From a virus (taxonomy: Duplodnaviria; Caudoviricetes): DNA of 64,000 nt. The position numbers were made by a program, and so were the translations under genes. Under the pieces are notes generated by a model, which did no database searches, was not told the origin of the DNA, and worked only from the letters and a program-made list of their open reading frames with translations. The DNA lies in the IMG/VR virus record IMGVR_UViG_3300028805_003982. The stretch is one strand, 5' to 3'. Shown piece after piece: positions 17,576 to 25,714 of the stretch. Each line of letters opens with the position of its first letter. The first letter of the stretch is position 1.

Positions 17576-18601
17576 ATGAGCGAGTTCAAGAAGATAGATC
17601 TGTTTAAGACTTTTCCTTGGTTAAATCAGGAAGGTACCAGAGATCTGAAGTATAACGATGTTTACACTCTGGACGATAAGGCATACGTTGCTTTTGAAAA
17701 ACGCGGCGATTCAACTAATGCTTTTATGCTTCTCGCGGGGGATAAGAACATTCTCGATGAGATCAATCCCGTTGATGGTGTGGGCGGATGGATCAGAGAC
17801 TGCATTGATGTTCAGGACGAGTTCGAGGATTACGTTGATGAATATGTGGAAGCCAGTGAAATGGATGACCCCAGACCTTATTGGGCAGACCGGGGGGCAC
17901 GTATCGCTGATTTCCTTGGCGACGAGGATTATAAAGAAATTGAAAAGGAGTTCTTTGAGGAGTGGTGCAGAAACCCCGAAAATGCCAGAATGTTTACGAT
18001 CCTGACTTTGGCAGTCGATCCTGACAACGTTAACATGTTCGGTAAGAACGCCGACGGTGAAGTGTGTTTGCTGGACCCCGACAGAAGATTTTATTCCGAG
18101 AACTGGGAAGAAGAGAATCTGACTGAAGCTGATCTGCCCAAGATGCAGAAGATAGTTGAAGAGGTTTTGAAAAAGGGCGTTAAGCAGGTATATCGCGACA
18201 CGGATTCTGAAATTAAAGAGGTCGATTTTACCAAAGGTGAATTAACCGCCTACAACGATTTTGCGATCATCGTTAGCCGTTTGTGTTCTCACGGAAGCAT
18301 GATGGGTTCTGTTATAAGGCCTTTGGAAGACGGCAGGTTTGAAGTAACCGGTTGCCGCGTAGTTAAAATGATAACCAGACAGGATTTCGATACGGATCTT
18401 GAATACGACAAGGCAGTTGATGAAATGATGAAGACTGCCGACGGAGTAACGGGGGAGTTCGTTACCGACGATCTTATCGCTTACGTTGAAGTAAAAGAGT
18501 TCCCCGATTCTTCTTATACGATAGATAAAGTAACCTTTTTTGGTAAGCCTTTGACGTTCCCCGATAATGACGTTGACGGCAACGGCAGGAATATGGACTA
18601 A
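17576..18601 (+). CDS. acidic hypothetical protein
   Basis: AGGAGG RBS; about 341 aa. Confidence 0.75.
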   Translation: MSEFKKIDLFKTFPWLNQEGTRDLKYNDVYTLDDKAYVAFEKRGDSTNAFMLLAGDKNILDEINPVDGVGGWIRDCIDVQDEFEDYVDEYVEASEMDDPRPYWADRGARIADFLGDEDYKEIEKEFFEEWCRNPENARMFTILTLAVDPDNVNMFGKNADGEVCLLDPDRRFYSENWEEENLTEADLPKMQKIVEEVLKKGVKQVYRDTDSEIKEVDFTKGELTAYNDFAIIVSRLCSHGSMMGSVIRPLEDGRFEVTGCRVVKMITRQDFDTDLEYDKAVDEMMKTADGVTGEFVTDDLIAYVEVKEFPDSSYTIDKVTFFGKPLTFPDNDVDGNGRNMD

Positions 18602-18614
18602 AGGAGATCAGACC

Positions 18615-19334
18615 ATGGACGATAAATACTTATACACAGGTAATTGGTACAAAACAGAAGACGGCAAGATCCTTCACATTGCTCAGGATGACTGCCCTCA
18701 AAACCCCCGTGAATGGGACGGGTGGCTTGGTAAGATTTTTTCCGTTTCCCGTTACGTGACAGGTGAAACCGATAAGGAAGGCCTTAAGTGCTGGGACGAT
18801 CTGTTACAGAAATACGGGGTAGAACAGAGCGGTACTGATATGCAGAAGGATTTTCCCGTTGACTGCAGAAATCTCATAGAAGCAGCAAAAGAGAAGGGAG
18901 ACGTTCTCCTTCCTATGTCCATATATGACCACAGCGGAATAACCCTTTATGTCGGTCTTCCCAGCGACCATTTTGACGGGCGTTGGGATTGTTCGTTTGT
19001 AGGTTTCATGATCGCGGACGGCAAGGATCTTGCTGAGCGTAAGCTTTCTTACGATGACGCTGTACAGATTCTTGAAGGCGAAGTAGCCATCTTGGACTGC
19101 TATTATACCGGTTCCGTTTACGGATATATTCTTTATGACGCGGAGTCCTTAGATGAGATCGATTCCTGCTGGGGCTTTTTCGGCAGCGAGATCAAGTCTT
19201 TTGAAGAGAGTGTTGGTCTGAAGATAACAGAAAATCTCGGCAGCGGCTATTCCGACGTCAACGAGTGTTTCGAGAGCAACAGGGAGTCCTTTGAGGAAGA
19301 AGCGAATCTTCGTAATATCAGGGGGTTTGAGTAA
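18615..19334 (+). CDS. phage-type hypothetical protein
   Basis: NPREWD, YDHSG, WDCS, DSCWGFFG motifs; AAGGAG RBS. Confidence 0.75.
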   Translation: MDDKYLYTGNWYKTEDGKILHIAQDDCPQNPREWDGWLGKIFSVSRYVTGETDKEGLKCWDDLLQKYGVEQSGTDMQKDFPVDCRNLIEAAKEKGDVLLPMSIYDHSGITLYVGLPSDHFDGRWDCSFVGFMIADGKDLAERKLSYDDAVQILEGEVAILDCYYTGSVYGYILYDAESLDEIDSCWGFFGSEIKSFEESVGLKITENLGSGYSDVNECFESNRESFEEEANLRNIRGFE

Positions 19335-19963
19335 TGGACGTGATCGACGGCAGATTTGAACCAGTTAAGCGTACTGCCGTGGACGGAAAGACCTGGTGGG
19401 TAGTATATGACAATAAAAGGCATGGTTACAGCTCTTACATTTGCCATGGTAAGTACGAAACCAGGAAACAGTGCGAGCAGGCGATAAAAGCGTCGTATAA
19501 GTATTTTTGCGGTGTCTCCGGGGAAGCCGGCAGATCTGTAGAAAGGAGAGAAAAAATGACAAACTATAATGACCTGAGAGACGGTCAAGAGTTCTATGCT
19601 AATGGTTACAAGAAAGGCTACGAGGACGCAAAGAAAGAGTTTGAAAGTAAGATTATTACAAAGGCTATCAGCGAAGAATTAGAAGCATTACCCAAAGAAA
19701 TTGATGGTGATAAGTTATTGATGCTATCAACGTTTGGGGCAGGAGTTAGATTTAATATCCTTGGTAAATTAAAAGAAAGTAAGAAAGATGACATGTCTCC
19801 TGATGTGATAAGCAAGATCTTAGCAGATTTCATATTGGATGACATTGAGAACGCCGATGAGGATTTTGTTAAAGAAAAGTTTGAAACCTTAGGGGTTACA
19901 CAGGAATTGTTAGATACGTTAGGCGTCGATTACCGCCTGGAAGGGGAAAAACCTAGTCTTTAA
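19334..19963 (+). CDS. hypothetical protein (possibly a fusion)
   Basis: Internal RBS and ATG near 19556; N-terminal domain resembles the C-terminus of 19979..20761. Confidence 0.6.
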   Translation: MDVIDGRFEPVKRTAVDGKTWWVVYDNKRHGYSSYICHGKYETRKQCEQAIKASYKYFCGVSGEAGRSVERREKMTNYNDLRDGQEFYANGYKKGYEDAKKEFESKIITKAISEELEALPKEIDGDKLLMLSTFGAGVRFNILGKLKESKKDDMSPDVISKILADFILDDIENADEDFVKEKFETLGVTQELLDTLGVDYRLEGEKPSL

Positions 19964-19978
19964 GAAGATGGGTGCGAT

Positions 19979-20761
19979 ATGGGGGATAATATGAGCAATC
20001 AAAAATATGTTGCGATACTCTGTAAGAGCAGTGAAAACGACGAAAGCATTGTCCTTGTTTCTTCTGATGAGCTGTTGGAGGTCATTCAAAATCCCGGCAG
20101 CTACAGATACAGTCCATCTAACGGGATAATGTACGGGGATGAAGAGATCAATAAATGCTTTAATCTTAATAAGATCAAAGATTTTGTCCTCATTGATTCT
20201 AACAGTCTTCCGGGCAAGTCCTCCGGATGGCCTAACGTAGTCCCGTCCTGGGCTAAGGTTTCCACTAAGATCAACAATCCTCAGTATATTAAGCTGGATT
20301 CTTTGGCTCCTTACGTCGAGATAGTTGCCATGGACCCGATAGAATTTGACATCAAGTCAATGGAATCGGTTAAGAAGGCAGCCAAACAGGTTATCGATAA
20401 CATTGCTGCTTTAGAGGATACTTGTTCGGAGATTTGTTATAAGTACGATCCTTACGACAACATAGACCCGAATGAATTAAGACGGATCTTATTCGATGAT
20501 ATTGTTCTTGTATCAAACCCCAGATTTGTTCCCATGCAGATAACATCCGAAGACGGATCTTTCTGGTGGCAGATCTACGATGCCAAGAACAGGGAGTTTA
20601 ATCATCTCGGGGGCACCAAGCACTATCCAACAAAAGAAAAATGTCAGGCGGCTATTGATTATTCTCAGGCACACGGGCTCCTGGCAACTGTTGATAAAGA
20701 CATATTTACCTGGGCTCCGAAACAGCCGGAAGAAGTAGATGAACCGGGACACGATCTGTGA
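19979..20761 (+). CDS. hypothetical protein
   Basis: 260-aa ORF. Confidence 0.7.
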   Translation: MGDNMSNQKYVAILCKSSENDESIVLVSSDELLEVIQNPGSYRYSPSNGIMYGDEEINKCFNLNKIKDFVLIDSNSLPGKSSGWPNVVPSWAKVSTKINNPQYIKLDSLAPYVEIVAMDPIEFDIKSMESVKKAAKQVIDNIAALEDTCSEICYKYDPYDNIDPNELRRILFDDIVLVSNPRFVPMQITSEDGSFWWQIYDAKNREFNHLGGTKHYPTKEKCQAAIDYSQAHGLLATVDKDIFTWAPKQPEEVDEPGHDL

Positions 20762-20789
20762 TCATAATAAAAGTAAAGGAGATAATATT

Positions 20790-21485
20790 ATGTACGTTTC
20801 TCAGAATAATCAGAAGTTATACTTAAATCATTGGGGATTTAATGCCTGCAGGCTTATGAGTATGTTGGCTACAGTCATCGAAGCTGCCGGCGGAGTGGTT
20901 GATTACAGATATCAGAAGACAGCGCTTGTCTGCGACAGGACCGTTTATGATAAAGCTCGTGAAAAGCTGGATATGTTAGATCACTTTAAGCAGGTTCTTG
21001 ATAAGAATCCTGAAATGAAAGATCAGATCCAGCCTAAGCTCGAAGTGCTTGAAAAGGAAGCTGAAGAGCTTGCAGGAACACCTGAAGTGTTTGTTCCTTG
21101 TGAGTTCCAGACGCATCTTAAATTCATGATCAACGACACTTTATATTATTATCAGGTTGACGACAATCCTTTTATGGAGTTCTATTATCAGAAGACTCCG
21201 ATCGTTAATGGAAGATACAGTAAAGATGCTTGTCTTATGGAAGCTTCAAAGCTCTGGTACGATGATTCCTTCTTAAAGGGCGGAGTTTCAGATGCAGATA
21301 TCAAGAAGGCAGCTGAAACGCTTGCGGGCGCATTGTTCAATGCACCCGAGTCTGAGATCATCCGCAGCAAGAAAACGATCAGCGTGCCCAACGCACATAA
21401 TAACGGGCATCACAAGGAAGTTGTTTTTGAGCCTGAACGTTTTTCCACGGAGCTGCCGCAGGGAAGAGAGACGCCGTCTTTGTAA
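20790..21485 (+). CDS. hypothetical protein
   Basis: AAGGAG RBS. Confidence 0.7.
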   Translation: MYVSQNNQKLYLNHWGFNACRLMSMLATVIEAAGGVVDYRYQKTALVCDRTVYDKAREKLDMLDHFKQVLDKNPEMKDQIQPKLEVLEKEAEELAGTPEVFVPCEFQTHLKFMINDTLYYYQVDDNPFMEFYYQKTPIVNGRYSKDACLMEASKLWYDDSFLKGGVSDADIKKAAETLAGALFNAPESEIIRSKKTISVPNAHNNGHHKEVVFEPERFSTELPQGRETPSL

Positions 21486-21575
21486 GGCAAAAAACACCTG
21501 TTGAAAAATAAAATTTAGAAAATTACGATTTTTCTGTTGTATTTTTAAAATGTGGTGTTATAATAGTAAGTGATG

Positions 21576-21790
21576 AAGGAAGTGCCTGTCCGACATCTGA
21601 TTACAAAAGACCTAAGGGCTGAAACGGGTCAGGTCCAATCGCCCGGTTAGGTGTGTGAGGGAAGTGAGGTTGGTCGCCGCAAGGTGTAAAGTCCTCCGCA
21701 CTCAAAGTGATGATGAAACATGCATCCGCCTAATCTTTAACCTGAAGGGTCCCCAAGATTGTAATCAGTTGTGAGATAAGGGCTTCCTCT
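21576..21790 (+). ncRNA. rod-shaped structured RNA, 6S-like
   Basis: Promoter TTGTAT-N16-TATAAT at 21537-21564; nested helices GAGGAAG/CTTCCTC, CTGATTACAA/TTGTAATCAG, GGTTAGGTG/CGCCTAATC around a central bubble. Confidence 0.55.
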
Positions 21791-21820
21791 TTTTATACTT
21801 AAACGAAAGGATAAAAGACT

Positions 21821-21979
21821 ATGGTTACTGTTGTTATGAAGAGACATAACGATCTGATGCCCAAGGCGTATGAGAATGATACGCTCGGTTTCGCATGGTC
21901 TTTAGTTCCGGCTATATTCGTACGTACATTGGGTACAGGCAAAGAATATATCGGAAGCAAGGGGCGATTAAGATGTTAA
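21821..21979 (+). CDS. putative attenuator leader peptide 2 (52 aa, codon-diverse)
   Basis: GAAAGGA RBS; MVTVVMKRHNDLMPKAYENDTLGFAWSLVPAIFVRTLGTGKEYIGSKGRLRC; 38 distinct codons. Confidence 0.75.
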   Translation: MVTVVMKRHNDLMPKAYENDTLGFAWSLVPAIFVRTLGTGKEYIGSKGRLRC

Positions 21980-22020
21980 TCACAGCTTTTGTTTAAGCTC
22001 AAACAGAATAGAGAAGCATC

Positions 22021-22060
22021 AAGGATCGCCCGAAGAGAATAAAATCGGACGATCCTTTTT
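22021..22060 (+). terminator. intrinsic terminator of attenuator 2
   Basis: AAGGATCG..CCGA / TCGG..CGATCCTT hairpin plus T tract upstream of the tRNA array. Confidence 0.8.
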
Positions 22061-22103
22061 AATTCTCGTGAACATTGACAACTGAATATTTTCTTTTAAA
22101 CAT

Positions 22104-22177
22104 TCCCCTGTCATTTAAAGGTAGGATGGCTGACTGTTAATCAGTTTATGGAAGTTCGATTCTTCCCGGGGGAGCCA
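22104..22177 (+). tRNA. tRNA-Asn(GTT)
   Basis: Loop CTGTTAA, GCCA. Confidence 0.85.
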
Positions 22178-22181
22178 ATAT

Positions 22182-22256
22182 ATCCGCATGGTGTAATCGG
22201 TAGCACGGCAGTCTCCAAAACTGCTTGTCGGGGTTCGAGTCCTCGTGCGGGTGCCA
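22182..22256 (+). tRNA. tRNA-Trp(CCA)
   Basis: Loop CTCCAAA, GCCA. Confidence 0.9.
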
Positions 22257-22352
22257 TATGAAAAGTAAAAAGGAAAAAGTCAAGGATACATTGTTGACCA
22301 AGGTGAAGTCCGGAATGATCTGAGGAAGAGAATGTAACACCGATAAGTATTC

Positions 22353-22421
22353 TGAGCAATGGTGTAAGCGGAAGCACGCAGAGTGATGGCCGGAAGTGCA
22401 GGTTCAAGTCCCGCTTGCTCA
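22353..22421 (+). pseudogene. tRNA-like element lacking a proper anticodon stem and CCA
   Basis: TGAGCAA/TTGCTCA acceptor, D-arm and GTTCAAGTC T-loop present. Confidence 0.55.
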
Positions 22422-22435
22422 CTTTTCATTCTTAT

Positions 22436-22510
22436 GCCCCTGTGGTGTAACCGGTAACATGACTGACTCTGACTCAGTTATTCAAGGTTCAAATCCTTGC
22501 GGGGGTGCCA
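22436..22510 (+). tRNA. tRNA-Gln(CTG)
   Basis: Loop CTCTGAC, GCCA. Confidence 0.9.
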
Positions 22511-22596
22511 TTAGAAGGTTAGTAAAGAAAACAGGCACTCTTTACGGATCTTCTGCGGGGATGATGAAAAACAGGCACTTTCTTCATCCCTTACAT

Positions 22597-22683
22597 GGGT
22601 CGGTAAACCGTAACTGGTAGCGGGACGGACTGTAAATCCGTTGTCGAGAGACTCTGTAGGTTCAAGTCCTACCCGGCCCACCA
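22597..22683 (+). tRNA. tRNA-Tyr(GTA)
   Basis: Loop CTGTAAA, long variable arm. Confidence 0.9.
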
Positions 22684-22692
22684 TTTTAAAAC

Positions 22693-22768
22693 GGATCGGT
22701 AGCTCAGTCGGTAGAGCGAGGGACTGAAAATCCCTGCGTCACAGGTTCGATTCCTGTCCCTTCCACCA
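22693..22768 (+). tRNA. tRNA-Phe(GAA)
   Basis: Loop CTGAAAA, CCA. Confidence 0.9.
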
Positions 22769-22771
22769 GAT

Positions 22772-22846
22772 GTTCTCCTAGTTCAACGGCAGAACAACGG
22801 ACTCTTAATCCGTGAGATCGGGGTTCAAATCCCCGGGGGAGCACCA
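22772..22846 (+). tRNA. tRNA-Lys(CTT)
   Basis: Loop CTCTTAA, CCA. Confidence 0.9.
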
Positions 22847-22914
22847 TAACCATTAAAGAGAAAGGAGAAGACACATGTTGCACAAACAGAAGTTAAACGT
22901 AGGTGTATTGACAA

Positions 22915-22989
22915 GCGTCTATAGTTTAACGGTAGAACAGCGGACTTTTACTCCGTAAGATGAGGGTTCGAATCCCTCTGGGCGTACCA
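22915..22989 (+). tRNA. tRNA-Lys(TTT)
   Basis: Loop CTTTTAC, CCA. Confidence 0.85.
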
Positions 22990-23062
22990 TATATGGGTCT
23001 GTAGCTCAACCAGGAGAGTTATCTCTAAAGAGTTGCAAAACTCCCGCAGCGCCGTTTTATAA

Positions 23063-23140
23063 CACGCGTTGGAGAAGAGGTCTAACTCGCCGGCCTTTCA
23101 AGTCGGTATTCGCTGGGTTCAAATCCCGCACGCGTGGCCA
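23063..23140 (+). tRNA. tRNA-Glu(TTC)
   Basis: Loop CTTTCAA, GCCA. Confidence 0.85.
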
Positions 23141-23266
23141 AAGAAACTCTAAGTGAAACGAGTAGGTCGTGTCTTGACACTAAGGCGATAACGATGCATC
23201 TGACTAAACTGAAGTGACGAAAGAAGTAACTGAAAAGGAGTCGCTCTCCCTGAGTTTCTGATCTAT

Positions 23267-23340
23267 GGCCCTTTCTTCTATCGGCAGGAAAGCAGGTTCT
23301 CAGCCTGACAAGCAGGGTTCAACTCCCTGAAGGGTCACCA
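23267..23340 (+). tRNA. tRNA-Glu(CTC)
   Basis: Loop TTCTCAG, CCA. Confidence 0.85.
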
Positions 23341-23436
23341 ATGGGCAGCGGTTGTCCGGCGGCATAGAAAGGGTTCAAGTCCTGCACGCGCGGGTTCGAC
23401 TCCCGGCGTACATGGTGTCGAAATGCCGCATTTCAT

Positions 23437-23513
23437 ATCCTCGTGGCGGAACGGGCAGACGCAGACGGTTCAGAGCCGTAAAGTTACAGGTTCAAATCCT
23501 GTCGGGGATACCA
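23437..23513 (+). tRNA. tRNA-Leu(CAG), short variable arm
   Basis: Loop TTCAGAG, ACCA. Confidence 0.8.
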
Positions 23514-23517
23514 AAAT

Positions 23518-23595
23518 GGCCTCGTAGCAGAATCTGGCATATGCACTGCACTAAGGATGCAGGGTTTGCGGGTTCGAATCCCGCCGGGGCTACCA
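23518..23595 (+). tRNA. tRNA-Leu(AAG), short variable arm
   Basis: Loop CTAAGGA, ACCA. Confidence 0.8.
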
Positions 23596-23599
23596 ATAT

Positions 23600-23673
23600 C
23601 CGGGTGTAGCGTAATGGCAGCGTTCGTGCCTTGGGAGCATGAGGTGTGGGTTCAACTCCCGCCACTCGGACCA
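23600..23673 (+). tRNA. tRNA-Pro(TGG)
   Basis: Loop CTTGGGA, ACCA. Confidence 0.9.
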
Positions 23674-23678
23674 TTTAT

Positions 23679-23752
23679 CGTAGCTTCTTCTAATGGTAGG
23701 AAGACCGTCTGATACGCGGTTAATGTCTGTTCGATTCAGTCAGCTACGACCA
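23679..23752 (+). tRNA. tRNA-Ile(GAT)
   Basis: Loop CTGATAC, ACCA. Confidence 0.8.
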
Positions 23753-23829
23753 TGGGGCATAGCTCAACAGGTCAGAGCTCCGGCCTTATAAGCCGGCGGT
23801 TCAGGGTTCGAGTCCCTGTGCCCCTACCA
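23753..23829 (+). tRNA. tRNA-Ile(TAT)
   Basis: Loop CTTATAA, ACCA. Confidence 0.85.
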
Positions 23830-23832
23830 AAT

Positions 23833-23909
23833 GTCTGATTGGCGCAACTGGCAGACGCGGCTGACTCAAAATCAGTTTCTTCAGGGTTCGAGTCCCTGAT
23901 CAGACACCA
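23833..23909 (+). tRNA. tRNA-Leu(CAA), short variable arm
   Basis: Loop CTCAAAA, ACCA. Confidence 0.85.
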
Positions 23910-24074
23910 GTCGGGAGTACACGCGAGAATCACAAGCGGGCCGACGGTACATCGGCAGCCTGAACAGGATTAGGTGCACATGAGTCCTTAAGGGCAACGG
24001 CGGGGTAGTGTCCGTCCTCCCACACCAACGAGTTCTTTGCCTTTTTCTCTCCAAAAGAAATCGGTGACCGGTAT

Positions 24075-24151
24075 GCTTCCGTAGCTCCAATTGGCAGAGC
24101 GGGTGCCTTGTAATCACCAGGTTGTGAGTTCGAGTCTCACCGGAAGCTCCA
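24075..24151 (+). tRNA. tRNA-Thr(TGT)
   Basis: Loop CTTGTAA, CCA. Confidence 0.9.
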
Positions 24152-24155
24152 ACAT

Positions 24156-24230
24156 ACTCCTGTCGTTCAACTGAAAGGACAGCACTCTTCTAAAGTGTCG
24201 ATCAAGGTTTGAGTCCTTGCAGGAGTACCA
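24156..24230 (+). tRNA. tRNA-Arg(TCT)
   Basis: Loop CTTCTAA, CCA. Confidence 0.85.
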
Positions 24231-24355
24231 TTAAAAAACACGATAGCTTGGTAATTTGCTGAAGTTAGCTGCAAGGATAGGATATCGGGTAATCAGCAAA
24301 ACCTTAGTCCGAAAGTAGCAGAGAGGGTTTTTGAAGCCGTGTTTCCCTCATTTAT

Positions 24356-24432
24356 GGGGCCATAGCTCAGTTTGGGAGAGCGCCTGCCCTGCAAGCAGGA
24401 GGTCGCGGGTTCGATGCCCGCTGGTTCCACCA
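24356..24432 (+). tRNA. tRNA-Ala(TGC)
   Basis: GGGGCCA start with G3:U70, loop CCTGCAA. Confidence 0.9.
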
Positions 24433-24578
24433 TTGCAAATTAAGCTGCCGGAATGAACCATTCCTATATCAGCGGTCCTGCTGATGAAACTAAACGATTG
24501 AAAGAACAACCAGGCAGCAGGAATTTCTGCAAAGCCTTTATTTACAAGGCTTTAGCAAAAACCGGGAAGGGAGGGACT

Positions 24579-24668
24579 GTATATAAAAGTATTATTTTGT
24601 ATTGCTTTGTATTGTGATGTACCGATTAAATAATACGTATTTATTTGTATGTCTTTGTATTGCTGTAT
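24579..24668. repeat. 10-bp-phased GTAT repeats
   Basis: GTAY at 24579, 24589, 24599, 24609, 24619 and again at 24637, 24647, 24657. Confidence 0.65.
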
Positions 24669-24720
24669 AGTGTCAAACACAGTTATATATTTACAAAACA
24701 ATACGCGATCTTTGATAAAT

Positions 24721-24797
24721 GCCCGTATAGCTCAGCTGGGATGAGCATCTGCCTTACAAGCAGGAGGCCCAAGGTTCGAACCCTTGTGCGGGCACCA
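24721..24797 (+). tRNA. tRNA-Val(TAC)
   Basis: Loop CTTACAA, CCA. Confidence 0.9.
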
Positions 24798-24802
24798 AAT
24801 AT

Positions 24803-24877
24803 GCAGGTATTGTATAACGGCTATTACGCTACCTTGCCAAGGTAGAGATGAGGGTTCGATTCCCTCTACTTGCTCCA
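24803..24877 (+). tRNA. tRNA-Gly(GCC)
   Basis: Loop TTGCCAA, TCCA. Confidence 0.9.
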
Positions 24878-24882
24878 AATAT

Positions 24883-24969
24883 GGGTGAGTATCCCGTAAC
24901 AGGCAGCGGACCAGACTGTAAATCTGGTGTCATTCGACTCAGGGGGTTCGAGTCCCTCGTCACCCACCA
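24883..24969 (+). tRNA. tRNA-Tyr(GTA)
   Basis: Loop CTGTAAA, long variable arm. Confidence 0.9.
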
Positions 24970-24976
24970 ATCATAC

Positions 24977-25051
24977 GGCCCTATGGTATAACGGCTATTA
25001 TGCCGGACTGTCTATCCGGAGACCGGGGTTCAACTCCCCGTGGGGTCGCCA
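24977..25051 (+). tRNA. tRNA-Asp(GTC)
   Basis: Loop CTGTCTA, GCCA. Confidence 0.9.
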
Positions 25052-25056
25052 ATTAT

Positions 25057-25131
25057 GTGCCATTGGTGTAATCGGCAGCACCTTAGTCTTCCAAACTAAC
25101 GGTACGGGTTCAAGTCCCGTATGGCACTCCA
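25057..25131 (+). tRNA. tRNA-Gly(TCC)
   Basis: Loop CTTCCAA, TCCA. Confidence 0.9.
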
Positions 25132-25135
25132 GTAT

Positions 25136-25210
25136 CGCGGCGTATTTTAATGGTAGAATGCGATCCTCATAAGATCGTCGGTACGGGTTCAAGTCCCGTC
25201 GCCGCCACCA
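25136..25210 (+). tRNA. tRNA-Met(CAT) (Met or Ile2 identity unresolved)
   Basis: Loop CTCATAA, ACCA. Confidence 0.8.
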
Positions 25211-25214
25211 AAAT

Positions 25215-25289
25215 GTGGTTATTAGTGTAACGGCAGCACGGCAGATTGTGGCTCTGCAAGCATAGGTTCGACCCCTGTATTTCCACCCA
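25215..25289 (+). tRNA. tRNA-His(GTG)
   Basis: G-1:C73, loop TTGTGGC. Confidence 0.85.
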
Positions 25290-25292
25290 AAT

Positions 25293-25366
25293 GCTTCTAT
25301 CGTTCAAGGGAAGGACAGCACTCTTCGAAAGTGCTTATCGGGGTTCGAATCCCTGTGGAAGCACCA
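25293..25366 (+). tRNA. tRNA-Arg(TCG)
   Basis: Loop CTTCGAA, CCA. Confidence 0.85.
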
Positions 25367-25378
25367 ATTCCTTAACAT

Positions 25379-25454
25379 GCTTCCGTAGCTCAGCCGGCAG
25401 AGCGGCGGTATCGTAAACCGCAGGTCGTGAGTTCGATCCTCGCCGGAAGCTCCA
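25379..25454 (+). tRNA. tRNA-Thr(CGT)
   Basis: Loop ATCGTAA, CCA. Confidence 0.9.
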
Positions 25455-25634
25455 ATTATTTTTGCTTATACGGCGGTCTACGCGGCACCTTTTGGATTAT
25501 CCGCGGTTATAATTAAATCATAATGATGCCCTCCGAAGTCTTCGGACTGACGGTTAAAGACGAGCGTTTTCGAACGTGAGCAAAGTAGGTGATAAGTCAT
25601 CCAACTGCGAGTCGCAAAAGGCAGATTTATAAAT

Positions 25635-25710
25635 GCTCCTGTAGCTCAGTCGGTAGAGCACGTGACTTTTAATCACGGGGCCAAGAGTTCGAACCTCTTC
25701 AGGGGCACCA
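25635..25710 (+). tRNA. tRNA-Lys(TTT)
   Basis: Loop CTTTTAA, CCA. Confidence 0.9.
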
Positions 25711-25714
25711 TTAT

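Noticed and set aside
22995-23053. Possible amber suppressor tRNA (CTCTAAA after a tRNA-like 5' half)
   Set aside because: No anticodon stem, T-loop or CCA; TAG serves as a normal stop in this window, so there is no sign of recoding.
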